In this document: positions 12,151 through 26,200 of the stretch, piece after piece
How positions within the stretch are numbered: position 1 is the first letter of the stretch
Layout: each line of letters opens with the position of its first letter
DNA from: Camelus ferus
Taxonomy: Eukaryota
Reading direction: 5' to 3'
Assembly (NCBI RefSeq): GCF_009834535.1
Contig: NC_045696.1
Location: 57,910,001 to 57,974,000, forward strand
Length of the DNA stretch: 64,000 nt
Made by a program: the position numbers and the translations under genes
The notes under the pieces: model-generated
What the model saw: only the letters and a program-made list of their open reading frames with translations
Told to the model about the DNA's origin: nothing
The model's database searches: none

Positions 12151-13056
12151 TAACTTTATGATTAACTTGTTATTAGTAAATATTTACTTGGAAAAATAAC
12201 CCCATTTTGTGATCTACCGGGCATGTAGTCAATCTTTAGAGTTGCAGAATCTCTCTAAAGGGCCTGAGCCATTCAGATTAGATCCTGCAAGTGAGAATTT
12301 AGGTATCACAGGTATTTGTTAAAAAATAACACAGAAACTGATTCAGTTGGTTACTTCAAGGAAGTTGAGCTACTAAAAAATTACATTTATTCAAAATCCA
12401 ATTTTATTGAGGAAAAATATAGTATTCTAAAATTTCTAAATAACTCCCAGGATGAGAGTCAGTTAACAGTTGTTTCTTTTTACTGTAAAAATTACCTAAT
12501 CCAGAAGTTGTAGAATTTCCTCTTGGAACCCCTATATAATACAGTATTGATAGGCTAAATTAACATAACAGAAAACACACAGATTCCTTACAAGGCTATC
12601 TCCTTGTCAGCAACTTTGGGGTCAAGCAAGAGGGAGGATTAATTAGGACCAGGTTTGGGAATCAGTGAGTCTCTGATCTAGCCCACGTAACACAGACCTA
12701 AGAAGGCCAACAAGTATAATCTAAAAATCCTTCAAAACCAAATTTTGCATGGCCCACACTTACATCCTTATAATGGCTCCTCTACTACAAACAATCCCCT
12801 ATTAGGTAAGTATGATCCACAATCATTATAAAATAATCTTTCACATGACTAAAAATGACAAGAATTTTAAAGAGTAAAACCAAGGGCCTGGATGTTAACA
12901 AAGCTATCAGAGCAATCTGCAATGTAGTTGTGGGGAACATCAGTATCAAAAAATTAATCCCTCATCTAGATTAAAATAAGTTACAAATCTGTATACAAAA
13001 TGTAAATTTACAATGCAAATTTAAGATATGAGGCAAGAAATGAAAAAGGTCCGCAC

Positions 13057-13151
13057 CTGCAGCGTACAATTCTCTTTTCGTTTGAGGAACTCCACAAACC
13101 TGGCCACTACTCCTGGTGTGCTGATGACTTCATCAATAGGAGGATTAGGTT
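13057..13151 (-). CDS. KPNA1: KPNA1 exon 5 ([32 protein letters not shown])
   Basis: 95 nt ARM-repeat peptide visible in ORF 13021..13269. Donor CAG|GTGCGG. Confidence 0.97.
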
Positions 13152-13549
13152 CTGTCTCCCCATAAAATAAAAGGAAAGAAGAGAAACAATCCTTTGATTT
13201 CAAGGCAAGGACTTTATAGCTCAAACTTACTTCATAATATCCCTCCCTCCATTTTAGCATCTCTTTCATGTTGGAAATCTAAAAAAGAAAAAAAAATGTA
13301 AAATTGAGTTCCATCACTTTGAGACTAGGGTAGTTTAAAAGGTTTCACAATCAGATAAGCCTTAACGAGGAAATAATGGGCAGAATTCTTAAAAATTAAA
13401 AGTACTGCCTCTACTATTTTAGAAAACTTAGAAGGCAGAGGAAAAAACATCAAAAGACAACCACTATTATTATTTTAGTATACTTCCTTCTAATCCTTTT
13501 CCTATGTATGAGTTTTAAGTCTCTCTTTAACATAAATTGTCTTAAGAAA

Positions 13550-14500
13550 CTGGATAAGGAGATTCTGAGTGTGCTTGCAGGATCTAATTTTATAGCTGTA
13601 GTGAGAAGTAGGAGCCAGCAAGAATTCACTAAGGATGACTTGCCAAATTAATCTCATATTTTATGGCAGAGTATTTTATAAATGAAGTCATTCAGTAGAA
13701 ATTTGCTGGGTGAGGAGATAAATGTCCTAAACATTCAGCATGCTAATTTCAGCAAGAGACTTGACAAAGTTTTTGATGACACTCATGTAGCAATGCAAGC
13801 AAAATGGCAGTTGGATTACAGTACTCCTAGGGAATCCTAGCCAAGTCAGTGGTCTTACTGGAAGAGGTGACTAATGGGTAAATGTTAATTTGGAGCAAGC
13901 TCTAATAACATGTTCTTCACCTGGCTCAACTTTTTTATTAACCATTCATACAAATACAACAAATAAATTTGATGATTACAGTAAAAATAAAGTAGTTAAT
14001 ATGCTAGATTACAGAAACAACATATAGAAAGAATAACAATAAACCAAAGTTGACAATAAAACAACAGGTATAAAGCAAAATTCAGCAAATGATTTTTTTT
14101 TTAAAAGCAGTTAAAAAACCACATGACAGTAATTTCACAGTTATGAAGAGAAGTCCTAAGAAGTTTATTTAGACTGCTGCAAATACAATGAAACATTACT
14201 ACTATGCCATGACTACCATAACTGATGCTAGCTTGGAGGACTATATTAGAATGTATGGTGTCAGCACAAGGGAGACAATCTCCCACCACACTTTAGAGTA
14301 TTAAGAATGCATCTGGAGGATTGTATTCTAATTATCAGAGGGATGGCTGGCAAACTTGAATACATGCTGGAAGGCAGCAGAGTGGTGAAAGGTCTCAGAA
14401 AGCCATATTATCTTAGAAACCCATTAGGGTCAGCATGCTGAAAACAGACGACATTTTTAGAGAGGTGGGGAAAGTATACATGATAATGACCCTTGGATAT
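13550..14500 (+). mobile_element. Ancient CR1/L3 LINE fragment
   Basis: aatttcagcaagagacttgacaaagt (DFSKAFD-like), catctggaggattgtattc and ggtgaaaggtct resemble the CR1 RT 3' region. Confidence 0.6.
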
Positions 14501-14631
14501 TTTTAACAAGTTGTCAGGCAAAAGACAATTATTTTTTGTTATGGTGGTAGGTTTTTCATTCCAGTTAACCTCAATTTATCACACCTGACTCCAAAAAACC
14601 ATAAGTTACTACTGAGAATATTTACTATTGA

Positions 14632-14755
14632 TTTTTTAAACATTTTTATTGAGTTATAGTCATTTTACAATAATGTGTTAAATACCAGTATAGAGCACAA
14701 TTTTTCAGTTATACGTGAACATACATATATTCACTGTCATTTTTTTTTCGCTGTA
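14632..14755 (-). mobile_element. Short lineage-specific L1 3' end
   Basis: tttttattgagttatagtcattttacaa... is shared with 36851-36971 and, reversed, with 20042-20318. Confidence 0.75.
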
Positions 14756-15269
14756 CTACCGACATTTTAATATGGCTGAGAGTTTCAGAGTTCTTACTTG
14801 CCCAGACAAAAAGAAGTATCATATTCCATTCTATCCTAATTATACCAAAAAAAGGGTAGTTACCCTGCTCACTAATAAATCCATACTTCAATTCACTGTT
14901 AAACTGCTAACATTAAAATCAACAATCATTGCTCTTTCAAGTGGTATTTTACATTTTTCTTAAAAGAGTGGAGTTTCTCAATTTGAATTAACATAAAATA
15001 CTGCTACTGTTCTTATCACTTTAAGATCTTTCATAAGATAGTTCAGAAATGAAAATGCCGCTGCTTTCTGGTCCTGGTAAGATCGCACAAATAAATAAGG
15101 AAATTCAAAAGTTAGTCATGGTTCATAAATACACATTTGTCTGTATGCATCCTTTTATTCTGTTGAGAGACACTCCAAAGCAAGTTATCTGTAGTGTGAA
15201 AAACAGATTATAGAAAAGTAGTATTTTGTAAATAAGTGAAAAAATATACTTAACATATTCAGAGCTCAC

Positions 15270-15369
15270 CTTTTGAAAGCAGTTTTCTGAATTTCTGTGT
15301 TGCTGAAAGCTGTTGCTCTGGGCTATTGGAAAATATCATTTCAATCATGTCGGAAGTAATGACACCACC
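15270..15369 (-). CDS. KPNA1: KPNA1 exon 4 ([33 protein letters not shown])
   Basis: 100 nt, cag|GGT acceptor and AAG|GTGAGC donor, in frame. Confidence 0.97.
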
Positions 15370-15756
15370 CTGGGATCACAAACAATGAATTTTTAACTTT
15401 AATTCAAAGGAAAACAAAGACAGTATAAACTGTGGCCAAGTTATTAATTATACTTATATAGAAGAGTTACACAGAGGTTGGACAATCTTTTCATGTAGAA
15501 ATGTATGAGATGATTAATAATGTGATGAAGCCAAAAGTTTTTGTCCATCATAAATAGCTCACCACAGCAAGAAATTAAATCTTAGTAGTAAACACTAAGA
15601 CAAGGAGTTTACTCTTCTTCCTTTCCAGTTCATCACATGACAGGCTGTTCCTTGTCATTCAGATTAAGTTCTTAAAGAAGGCTTTTCAAGACCTCCAAAT
15701 CTAAAGCAGCCACTCCATCTCTATCACATCACTCTATTTTAATCCTATGCCTAGCT

Positions 15757-15820
15757 CTTTTCACTATCAGATATTCTTCTTAGTTATCCTTTTTACTATC
15801 AGATATTCTTCTTAGTTATC
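15757..15820 (+). repeat. 32-bp tandem duplication (1 mismatch)
   Basis: ctttt(c/t)actatcagatattcttcttagttatc occurs twice in tandem. Confidence 0.9.
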
Positions 15821-16689
15821 TGCTTATTGCTTGGGTTCCCCCAGTATGCTGTAAGCTCCATGAAAGCCAAAAACCCTATTTATCTTACCACTCTATCACT
15901 GATGGCTGGCAAAAAGTAGATGCTCAGCAAATACTTACTGAATGAGTATAGAGTAGTCTTGTATAAATCAGATTCTAGACACTGCCAAATTCAACAGCTG
16001 ATTCTTAAATTTATTTAAAATTTCTATTTTCTTGCTGAATTAGAAGTTTTCAATCTCCCACTATTTTCTTCCTTTATTAGAGCTTTCTTGTTTCCCACTA
16101 CAACCCATCCCCAGTATTAATAGCTAAACTTTGTTCTCTGGATCATTTGTCACAATGAAATAAAACTGTTAACTTTTCATGAAGGATTGTTAAGTCAACA
16201 AGCTAAATCGTGACGAAAGCTGTACTAAGTTGTAAATGCTGGGTGGTTTGTAAGCAGTATCTCACACTTAGGAATAATCCATGGGGAGAATGAAGCATTC
16301 TGCTCTCAAGAATCAGAAAAATAATTACTTTGAAATGTTTAAGTCTGGTTCCTGAATAAACAAAAGTACCTATATAATTTTTTATGAATGTTTCCATGTA
16401 TCTGTATCTATGTGTATCTTTGTTTTCTTCCCTCTCTTATCCTGTTATCATATAACATGATGTATTCACTTTACATTCATAGTGTTTAAGTTGTAGGATA
16501 TCACAGAGAGAAGTAAATATCACCCAAGGACTTTGCATCCTCTTCTGGAAAAAAAAGGTTATGCATCTTCAGTTGCATGCAGGATAGCTGTATCACAATA
16601 TAAGGAGGTATGACCTTGTCATTGTCTTTATCTGAGACTCAGTATGGTTTAAGGAGTTGGGTATGGATGCCATGATGACAAGGAGTACA

Positions 16690-17252
16690 CTAGGACAGAT
16701 AATTTTATGTGTCAACTTGGTTAGGTTATGGTACTCAGCTGTTTGGACAAACACCAGTCTAGATGGTACTGTGAAAGTATTTTTTTAGATATGATAAACA
16801 CTTAAATCTGTGCAGTCGAGTAGAGCACATTACCATCCAAACTGCAGGTGGTATTGACTGGAATTCCCAAGAGCAAAGACTGAGGTTTCTTGAAGAAGGA
16901 ATTTAGCCTCAAAACCACATCAGGCAGGAGGATATAGCTCAGGTGGTAGAGCGCATGCTTAGCATGCATGAGGTCCTAGGTTCAATCCCCAGTACCTCCT
17001 CTAAAAATAAGTAAGTAAACCTAATCACCTCCCTCCTAAAATTAATTTAAAAAGTGCAACACATCTGGAGGGGGGGAAGAAAAAAACACATCAATTCTTA
17101 CATTTCCAGCCTACTGTCTTGCCCTACAGATTTCAGACTTACCAGCTCTAACAACGTCATGAGCCAATTCCTTAAAATCAATCAATGGATCAATCAATCT
17201 CTCTTCCTCCCCCTCAATGGTTCTGTTTCCTCTGTAGAACCCTGACTAATAC
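16690..17252 (+). mobile_element. MLT2-type ERVL LTR, split by a SINE
   Basis: Start aattttatgtgtcaacttgg and end ggttctgtttc...gaaccctgactaatac are characteristic of MLT2. Confidence 0.7.
16923..17083 (+). mobile_element. tRNA-derived SINE inserted in an MLT2-like LTR
   Basis: GGATATAGCTCAGGTGGTAGAGCGCATGCTTAGCATGCATGAGGTCCTAGGTTCAATCCCCAG. Flanked by aaaa(c)cacatca repeats. Confidence 0.85.
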
Positions 17253-18133
17253 CATCCACAAAATACTTTATAATCATTTAATATCCACTTAAAAAAAAAG
17301 ACAGCTCAACTTCCTGAAGGGCCTAGAGGAATTAACCACAAAATGATAGTGTTGGCAACAATATCTACAGATTCCAAAGCAATTTAAATTGTTCTAATTC
17401 CAAAAAATTGGTCAGTAAAAACTGGAGATACATGACATAAAAAAAGAGAAAGATCTATAAAATACTGTGCACGATATGCTACCATTTGCCGCCTAAAAAG
17501 GAGGGGGGATTTTTCTTAAAAAGAGTAAATAAGAATCTAATAACAGTGGTTGCCAGTGTGGAAAGAACCTGGGTGACTGAGGTAGAAGAGATTTTTCTTG
17601 TTTTGAAAACCATGTACATATATATATACTAAAACATTATACAACTGATCATAATAAGCTAGAAATCTAGAGAAGTGTGATCCATATAAATAAAGCATAA
17701 TTTTTATCTGTTTATGTAACCTCAATGTTACAAAATGGGTTGCAACAGAAAATTCCAATAGTGGCAACACAGAGCAAATTTTTAAAGTCATGTGAGTATG
17801 TCCAATTTTGTAACTGAAATGAGTAACAAACTGGGACTTCCTTTAAAGCATCCCTTAGTATTCAACTCTTAAGGAATAATTTTATTTTATGATTATCTTT
17901 TTAAGTTTTAATAGCCAAATTATTCTTCCTAATTTAGTTAATTCTGTTTAACTACATGTTATTCAAAATATAATAAACATTTAATGAATCATGAGATTAG
18001 GTATATGGCTTCCTTTTAAATATGAAATGCCAAGTACTTTTTATAGCCATCTAACCATTTTTTTAAACCCCAAAAGAGATCGAAGCCTCGTCAGAAAAAG
18101 AGTAAAAAGAATTTCTTTCATTATCCTACTTAC

Positions 18134-18241
18134 TGGTGCCATCTCCATGTTATTAATCTGAGCCTCGTGGAAGCCTCCATCTGACATAACTTCTTCTTCT
18201 GTTTCTTCTTCTGCTGTAGCAACATTTCTTCGCTTGAATAA
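18134..18241 (-). CDS. KPNA1: KPNA1 exon 3 (LFKRRNVATAEEETEEEVMSDGGFHEAQINNMEMAP)
   Basis: 108 nt, AG/GT bounded, continues frame from exon 2, contains the autoinhibitory KRRNV motif. Confidence 0.97.
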
Positions 18242-18315
18242 CTGAAAAATAAAAGACTATTACTAAAGTAATTCTACCAAAATGGAGTTCAATATTCAAA
18301 CACTAGACACCCCAC

Positions 18316-19470
18316 TTTTTTTTTTGAAGTACAGTTGATTTACAATGTTCTGTTAGTGTACAGTAAAGTGATTCAGTTACACACACATATATTCTTTTTC
18401 ATATTTTTTTCATTATAACAAGCTATTGAATATAATTTCTTGTGCCATACAGTAGGGCTTTGCTGTTTATCTATTCTGTATATAGTAGTTTATTTCTGCT
18501 AATCACACATTCCCAATTTATCCATCCCCTTGCTTTCCCCCTTAGTAATGGTAAGTTTGTTTTCTCTGTGAGTCTCTTTGTTTTGCAAATAAGTTCATTT
18601 GTGTCATTTTTTTTGGATTTCACATATAAGTGATATCATGTATTTGTCTTTCTCTGTGTCTGACTTATTTCTCTTAGTATGATAATCTCTAGGTCCACCC
18701 ATGTTGCTGCAAATGGCATTATTTCATTCTCTTTTATGGCTGATTAGTATTCCAGCAGTGTGTGTGTATGTATGTGTGTGTGTTCATCCAATCATTTGTC
18801 AATGGACATTTAGGTTGCGTCCATGTCTTGGCTATTCTAAATAGTGCTGCTATGAACATGGGTGCATGTATCTTTTAAAATTATATTTTCGTGCAGATAC
18901 ATGCGCACAGATACTGCTGGATCATATGGTAACTCTATTTTTAGTTTTTTAAGGAATTTGTGAGGTCTTTTCTGATGCACTACTGGGATACACATGATTG
19001 CTCCAGTTTCTCAACCTAACTGACGCACATCACTATGTAAGTTTAAAGTGTACAGAATGAGGATTTCATTTACATATGTTGTGAAATGATCACAACAGGT
19101 TCATCTAACATCCATCTTCTCATACAGATACAATAAAAAGAAAAAAATCTCTCCTTATGGTGAGAACCCTTAGGATTTACTCTCAACATCTTTCCTGTAT
19201 ATCATACACCAGTGTTAGCTATAGTCATGTTGTACATTACATCCCCAACACTTATTTATCTTATAACTGGAAGTTTGTACCTTCTTACTACTACCTGCTT
19301 CCAATTCTCCCTCCCCTAATCATTTGCCTCTGGCAACCACAAGTCTGAGTACAAGTTTGGTTTTTTTAATTTTTTTGTTTTTAGATTCCATATGTAAGTG
19401 AAATCATAGAGTATTTGTCTGGCTTATTTCACTCCACATAATGCCTTCAATGTCCATCCATGTTGTCACA
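18316..19470 (-). mobile_element. Two adjacent L1 3'-end fragments (about 18316-18960 and 19020-19470)
   Basis: Poly-T followed by typical L1 3' UTR / ORF2-end sequence (ccatgttgctgcaaatggcattatttcattc). Confidence 0.8.
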
Positions 19471-20041
19471 AAAAATAGTAATAATAACCCCTTGCTTACT
19501 TCACAAGATATTTCTTGTAACTAAAAACATCAAGCAAGCCTCTATTCTTCATCACTATGGTTTTTATGAAGCAGCACTGTTACCTACTTATACTGCGTTA
19601 GCTTATTTCAAAATATTTTAATAGTAAATGTAAAGTGCCTGTCTTTTTATTCATGAAAAATTACAAGACTGGCTCAACTGGAATGACATCAACTAGTAAA
19701 ATTTTTTGCTAAATAAGTAAATTTTAGTTCAGTCTGCTGGTGTCAAATAAACAAAGGTCATTTATACAGTGCTGCCTAAAGAACACATATTAAGTGCTGG
19801 CTGCTAAAGGGAAAGCTCTAAAAGTGCAGTTATCTTTTGCGTTCTTGGCAGGATCAACTCCTGTACTACCCTCAAATCTAGCTGAACAGCTGGCCTAAAG
19901 CCTGTGACTTTTCCCGATAGATGACAAAGCAACTGTGGAAACATAAACAGCACCTACATGAATCTGTATTTTACTGATGGTCACTATTTTACAAATTAGG
20001 CATGAAACAAGTACTGCTGTGATGTTAAAAAGTCTGATTGG

Positions 20042-20318
20042 GGGGGTGGGAAGGGACTGGGATTTCAAAATGTAGAATAGATAAACAAGATTGCACTGTG
20101 TAGCACAGGGAAATATACACAGGATCTTGTGGTGGCTCACAGCGAAAGTGAATGTGACAATGAATGTATGTATGTTCACGTATAACTGAAAAACTGTGCT
20201 ATACGCTGGAATTTGACACAACATTGTAAAATGACTATAACTCAATAAAATAAAGTAAAATAAATAAATTAATTAATTAAATTAAAAAAGAAAAAAAGAA
20301 AGAAAAAGAAAAAAAAGG
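20042..20318 (+). mobile_element. 5'-truncated young L1 3' end with A-tail and TSD
   Basis: Ends gactataactcaataaaa plus A-rich tail. TSD aagtctgattgg at 20030-20041 and 20319-20330. Confidence 0.85.
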
Positions 20319-20744
20319 AAGTCTGATTGGTTTTACCAGTTCTCCCTACATAAGATGGCACACATGAAATGATAAAATTAAGATTTTTAAATAGAGCAAT
20401 ATTCCAGAAACTTAGCACAGAAACTTACCAAAGTCCTAGCACAATTTCAGATCTCATACAATGAAGGTGTTAGAATTTCAACTACAAACATTTCTAGTCA
20501 GATAAGAGGGGCAATACTTGCCACTTGATATATTAAGGCTGTAAAGCATTTTTCTTCAGGCAGGTGAATATGAAGACCTTATTTTGTTTATATAAATTTT
20601 CAATGAAGTCTAATAACACGAAATCCCTGTTACCAAGAAGAAACAGAGTAAAACAAACACTGTTAATGGCAGAGTGCCACTACTATATCTTCAAATGGCT
20701 TTATGCCAAGTATGATGCGTAGGCTAGTGGTTATATTCAGACCT

Positions 20745-22315
20745 GACTGAAGACGACAAAAACAGATGGCAAGATATACCGAGTTCTTGGATTGGAAGAA
20801 TCAGTATTGTTAAAATGGTCATACTACCCAAGGCAATATAGATATTCAATGCAATCCCTATCAAATTACCAATGATATTTTTCATAGCGCTGGAACAAAA
20901 AATGTTAAAATTTGTATGGAAACACAAAAGGCCCCAAATAGCCAAAACAGTCTTGAAAAGGAAGAATGGAGCTGGGGGAATCACACTCCCTGAATTCAGA
21001 CTACACTACAAAGCTACAGTAATCAAAGCAGTATGGTACTGGCACAAAAAGAGACACATAAATAAATGGAACAGGAATAGAAAGTCCAGAAATAAACCCA
21101 TGCACTTATGGTTAATTAATCTATGACAAAGGAGGCAAGAATACACAATGGAGAAAAGATAGTCTCTTCAACAAGTGGTGCTGGGACAACTGGAAAGCTA
21201 CCTGTAAAAGACTGAAATTAGAACATTCTCTAACACCATATACAAAAATAAACTCAAAATGGATTAAAGACTTCAATGTAAGATCAGATACTATCAAACT
21301 CCTAGAGGAAAACATAGGTAGAACATGCTTTGACATAAATCACAGCAATATTTTTTTTTCAAACCAGCTCCTAGAGTAATGGAAATAGAAGCAAAAATAA
21401 ACAAATGGGATCTAATTAAACCTAAAAGCTTTTGCACAGCTAAGGATACTATCAACAAAATGAAAAGATAACCTACAGAATGGGAGAAAATATTTGCAAA
21501 TATTGTGAATGACAAGGGATTAATTTCCAAAATATACAAACAGCTCATACAACTTAATATCAAAAAAAAAAGCAACCCAATCAAAAAATGCACATTAGAC
21601 ATAAATAGACATCTCTCTGAGGAAGACATCCAGATGGCCAACAAGCACATGAAAAGATGCTCAATATCACTAATTGTTAGAGAAACTACAATTTTTAGAG
21701 AAACAAATCAAAACTACAATGAGATGTCACCTCACAATCAGAATGGCCATCAATAAAAAGTCCACAAACAATAAATGCTGGAGAGAATGTGAAGAAAAAG
21801 GAACTCTCCTACACTGTTGGGAATATAAACTGGTGCAGCCACTATGGAGGACAGTATGGAGATTCCTTAAAAAACTAAAAATAAACTTATCACATGATCC
21901 AGCAATCCCACTCCTGGGCATATATCTGGAGAAAAATATAATTTGAAAAGATATATGCACCCCAATATTCACAGCAGCACTATTTACAATAGCCAAGACA
22001 TGGAAACAACCCAAATGTCCATCAACAGATAACTGGATAAAGCAGATGTGGTACATATACGCAATGGAGTATTACTCAGCCATAAAAAGGAATGTCATTT
22101 GCAGCAACATGGATGGACCTGGACATCGTCATTCTAAGTAAAGTAAGTCAGAAAAAGAAAAATACCATATGACATCACTTATATGTAGAATCTAAAAAAA
22201 GGACACAAATGAACTTACCTACAAAACAGAAACAGACTCACAAACATAGAAAACAAACTTATGTTTACCAGGGCATAAAGGAGGTGGGAAGGGATACATT
22301 GGCAATTTGAAACTT
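20745..22315 (+). mobile_element. L1 ORF2 3' part plus 3' UTR (degenerate)
   Basis: ORFs 20872..21126, 21505..21756 and 21674..21946 are L1 ORF2 peptides ([36 protein letters not shown]). Confidence 0.92.
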
Positions 22316-22995
22316 GCACCTTTAGGGGAGTGATGGAAGTGTTAGCTATCTTGATTGTGGAGGTGGTTTCATGGGGTATACACACCTAACAAAATTCTTC
22401 AAATTGTACATCTGAAATATGTGTAGTTTACTGTACAGGAACCATACCATAATAAAGGTGTTAAGAAAAATAAAATAAAATACTATACAATAAAGAATGT
22501 AAAGATAGACAAACAGACATGAAGCAAGTATAGAAAATTGCTGACAATTACTGAACCCAAAGTATGGGCTTATGAGGTTCATTAACTACTCTGTATTTTT
22601 GTACATGTTTACAAATTTTCAAATTAAAATTTAGAATGAATAGCAATGTTCTGTTGGTCACTTGAGAATTCATTAACAAACATACACATAAAATCTTAAA
22701 GAAGTTGTAACTTTAGAAAAGTAAAATAGACTAAAAAAAAAGGCCAAAATGTTAAACAGTGGTTATATTGATAACATGGGAACCTGAGAGATTTCTTCAT
22801 TCTTGCATTCTACTTTTCATTACATCCACTCCCCTATCCCTAAAAGATGCTGATTTTATAGTTGGGAGGGGGATATATGCATATACACACAATATGTATC
22901 ACACATTGTTAAAACTAAAATAAAGGAAGGTGATGTCAGTATTAAAACGGAACACTAAGTTCTTTAAGAGAAATAAATGAGAGTAAAGGACTTAC

Positions 22996-23124
22996 CTGCT
23001 CTTCTCTTTTCTGCTTACGTAACTGCAGCCCTTCTTCCTCCCTCCTTCTGCGCATCTCATCAGGATTCAGGGACTTATTTTTGTAACTTTTCAAGCGAAA
23101 GTTCTCTTTTCCTGGGGTAGTCAT
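22996..23124 (-). CDS. KPNA1: KPNA1 exon 2, start of IBB domain ([43 protein letters not shown])
   Basis: Recognised importin alpha-5 N-terminus. Acceptor tag|AAATC ATG (exon begins 23129), donor CAG|GTAAGT, 129 coding nt. Confidence 0.98.
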
Positions 23125-23244
23125 GATTTCTACAAAAATGAGGGAAGGACCTTAGCTTACCATAAAGAGCTCTGTTATTTTAATAGTTCAGACTTTTAAA
23201 CATATACATGCCCAGAACCAATGGATAAGAATGTCAAACGGTTT

Positions 23245-26200
23245 ACTTTAACAGCTTTATTAAAGTGTACAATTCAACATCTTATAGTATATTCACAGCT
23301 ATATGCAACCATCACAAGTCAATTTTTTTTTAAAACATTTTCATCACCTCAAAAAGCTACCACTCGTATTCTGGACATTTCATATGAATAGAATCATGTG
23401 TGATCTTCTGTGCCTAGCTTCTTCCACTTAGCATATTTTACAAGTTCATCCGTGTTGCAGCATATTATTAGTACTTTACCCCTTTTTTGGCTGAATAATA
23501 TCCCACTGTATGGTTATACCCCATTATATCCATCCAATCATCAAATAATGGACAGCTGGATTCTTCCTACTTTTTGCTATTATGGATAGTGCCTCCATAA
23601 ACATTTGTAGACAAGTTTTTATGTAGACACAGGTTTTCATTTCTCTTGGGTATGTAACCTGGGAGGGGAACTGCTAGGTCAAATGGTAACTCTGTTTAAT
23701 CATTTTAGGAACTGCCAAGCTTTTTCCAAAGTGACTGCATTATTTTACATTCCCACCAGCAGTGCACAAGGGTTGCCAATTTCTCCACATCCTGGCCAAC
23801 ACCTACTATCACTTTTTTTTTTTTTGGAAGTATAGCTTATTTACAATATTGTGTTAGTTCTAGGTGTACAGCAAAGTATCACAACTTTTTGATTCTGGCC
23901 ATCTTAGTGGGCTAGATGTCTTTTAACTTACTTTTTTTGCCAACTATATATCTTTCCCCCAAAATGTCTATTTAGATTCTCTGCCCATTTTTAAATTGGG
24001 TTGTCTTTTTACCATTAAGTTGTAACAGTTCCTTATTTATTCTAGATATAAGTTCCTATCATATATGACTTATTAATATTTTCTTCCATACTTCCACTAA
24101 GATGTCTTTTCACTTTCCCGATGGTGTACTTTAAAGCACAAAAAGTCTTTAATTTTGATGTAACCCAAATTAATCTATTTTTCCTTTTGCTGCTCAATGA
24201 TTTTAGTGCCATCTTAACTCTAAGTTTCCTCCTAAGAGGTTAAAGTTTTAACTAACTCTTACATTCAGGTTTATCATCCATTTTGAGTTAATTTTTGTAT
24301 ATGGTATGAGGTAAGGGTCCAACGTGATTGTTTTGCATATGGCCACCAGTCGTTTCAACACTATTTGTTGAGAAGACTATTCTTTCTCCACTGAATAGTC
24401 TTAACACTATTGTTTGAAAATCAGTCACAGATATATGGTTTTATTTCTCAACTTTCAATTCTTTTCCATTGATCTGTGTATGTGTATCCTTTTGCCAATT
24501 CCACACAATCTTGATTACCATTTCTGTAGTAAGTTTTAAAATCAGGAATGTATGAGTACTATTTTATTCTTTTTTAAGACTGTTTTGGCTTACCTGGGTA
24601 CACCACTATTCCATGTGAATTTTAGAGTCAATCCGTCAATGTCTACACAGAAGTCACCTAAAATTCTGATATGAACTGCACTGAATCTGGAGATTAATTT
24701 GGGAAGTACTGCCAATCTTAGTATTAAATCTTTCAGTCTATGAAGACAAAATTTTTTTAACTTAGATCTTTAATTTCTTTCAACAACGTTTTATATTTTT
24801 CAGAGTGTTTTACACTTCTTTTGTTAAATTTACACGTAAGTATTTTAATATTTTTGATGCTATCGTAAATGGAATTATTTTAATTTCACTTTTGGATTGT
24901 TCATGCCAAGTCTATATAAAATCAATTTTTATGTATTGATTTTGTATCCTGCAACCTTGCTGAACTGAACTTGCTTATTAATGCTAACACTTTATTAGTG
25001 GATTCTTAAGGATTTTCTACATACAAGATCATGTCATCTGCCAGAGACAGTTTTGCTCCTTTTCTTCCAATCTTTTGTTTGCTTGTTTGTTTTGGGGGAG
25101 AAGTAATTCAGTTTATTTAATCCATTTTTTTAGTGGAGGTACTTGAGATTGAATCCAAGATCTCATGCATGCCAGGCACACACTCTATCACTGAGCTATA
25201 CCCTCCTCCCTTTTCTTCTGATCTTGGTGCCTTTTCTTTTTCTTGCATAACTGCCATGGCTAGACCCTCCATACAATGTCAAATAGAAGTGGAAGAGAGC
25301 AGACAATCTTGTTTTATTCCTGATCTTAGGGGAAAGCATCCAGTCTTTCATCAACAAGTATCATGTTACCTTTGGATTTTTTTCATAGATGTCCTTTAAC
25401 ATGCTGAAGTTCCTTTCTATTCCTAGTTTTTTTCGTGTCTTTGTCAGTGAAAGGTGTATTTTGTCAAATTTTTCTGCATCTTTGCAAAGACTATGTAACT
25501 TTTTTCTTTATTTTACTGATATAGTACATAATTGGTTTATGAAATTTAAACCAACCTTACATTTCTGGGATAAATGCCACTTGGTCATGGTGTATAAATC
25601 TTTTTATATGCTGCTGAGTTTAGTTTGTTAGCATTTTGAGAATTTTTGTGTTTATATTCACAAGAGATATTGGTCTGTACTTTTCTTGTGATGTCTTTAG
25701 CATAAGGGTAAGTAGCTTTATAAAATAAGTTGAAAAGTATCCTCCCCTCTTTCAATTTTTTGAAAGAGTTTGTGAACAAATAGTACTAATTCCTCTTTAA
25801 ATGTCTGATAGACTTCAGCAGTGAAGCCATGTAGGCCTGGGCTTTTCTTTGTGGGTACTTTTATGATTAATTCAATCTCTTCACTTGTTATAGGTCTATT
25901 TAGATTGTTTCTTACGTCAGTTTCAGTAGGTTTTATCTTGCTAAAAATGTGTCCATTTTATCTAAGCTATGTATCTTACTGGTATATAGTTATTCATAGT
26001 ATTCCTTTATAATTCTTTTAAGTTTTATAAGGTAACCAATAATGTTCCCTCTTTCATTTCTGATTCTAGTAATTTGAGTCTTCTGTTCTTTTTTTGTCAA
26101 TCTAACCCAAGGTTTACCAATTTTGTTGATGTTTTCAAAGAAACAGTTTTTGGTTTCCTCAATTTTCTCTATCATTTTTTCACTCTCTAATTCATTAATC

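Noticed and set aside
16925..17000. tRNA-like sequence with A/B boxes
   Set aside because: Multiple diverged copies with tails and TSDs identify it as a SINE head, not a tRNA gene.
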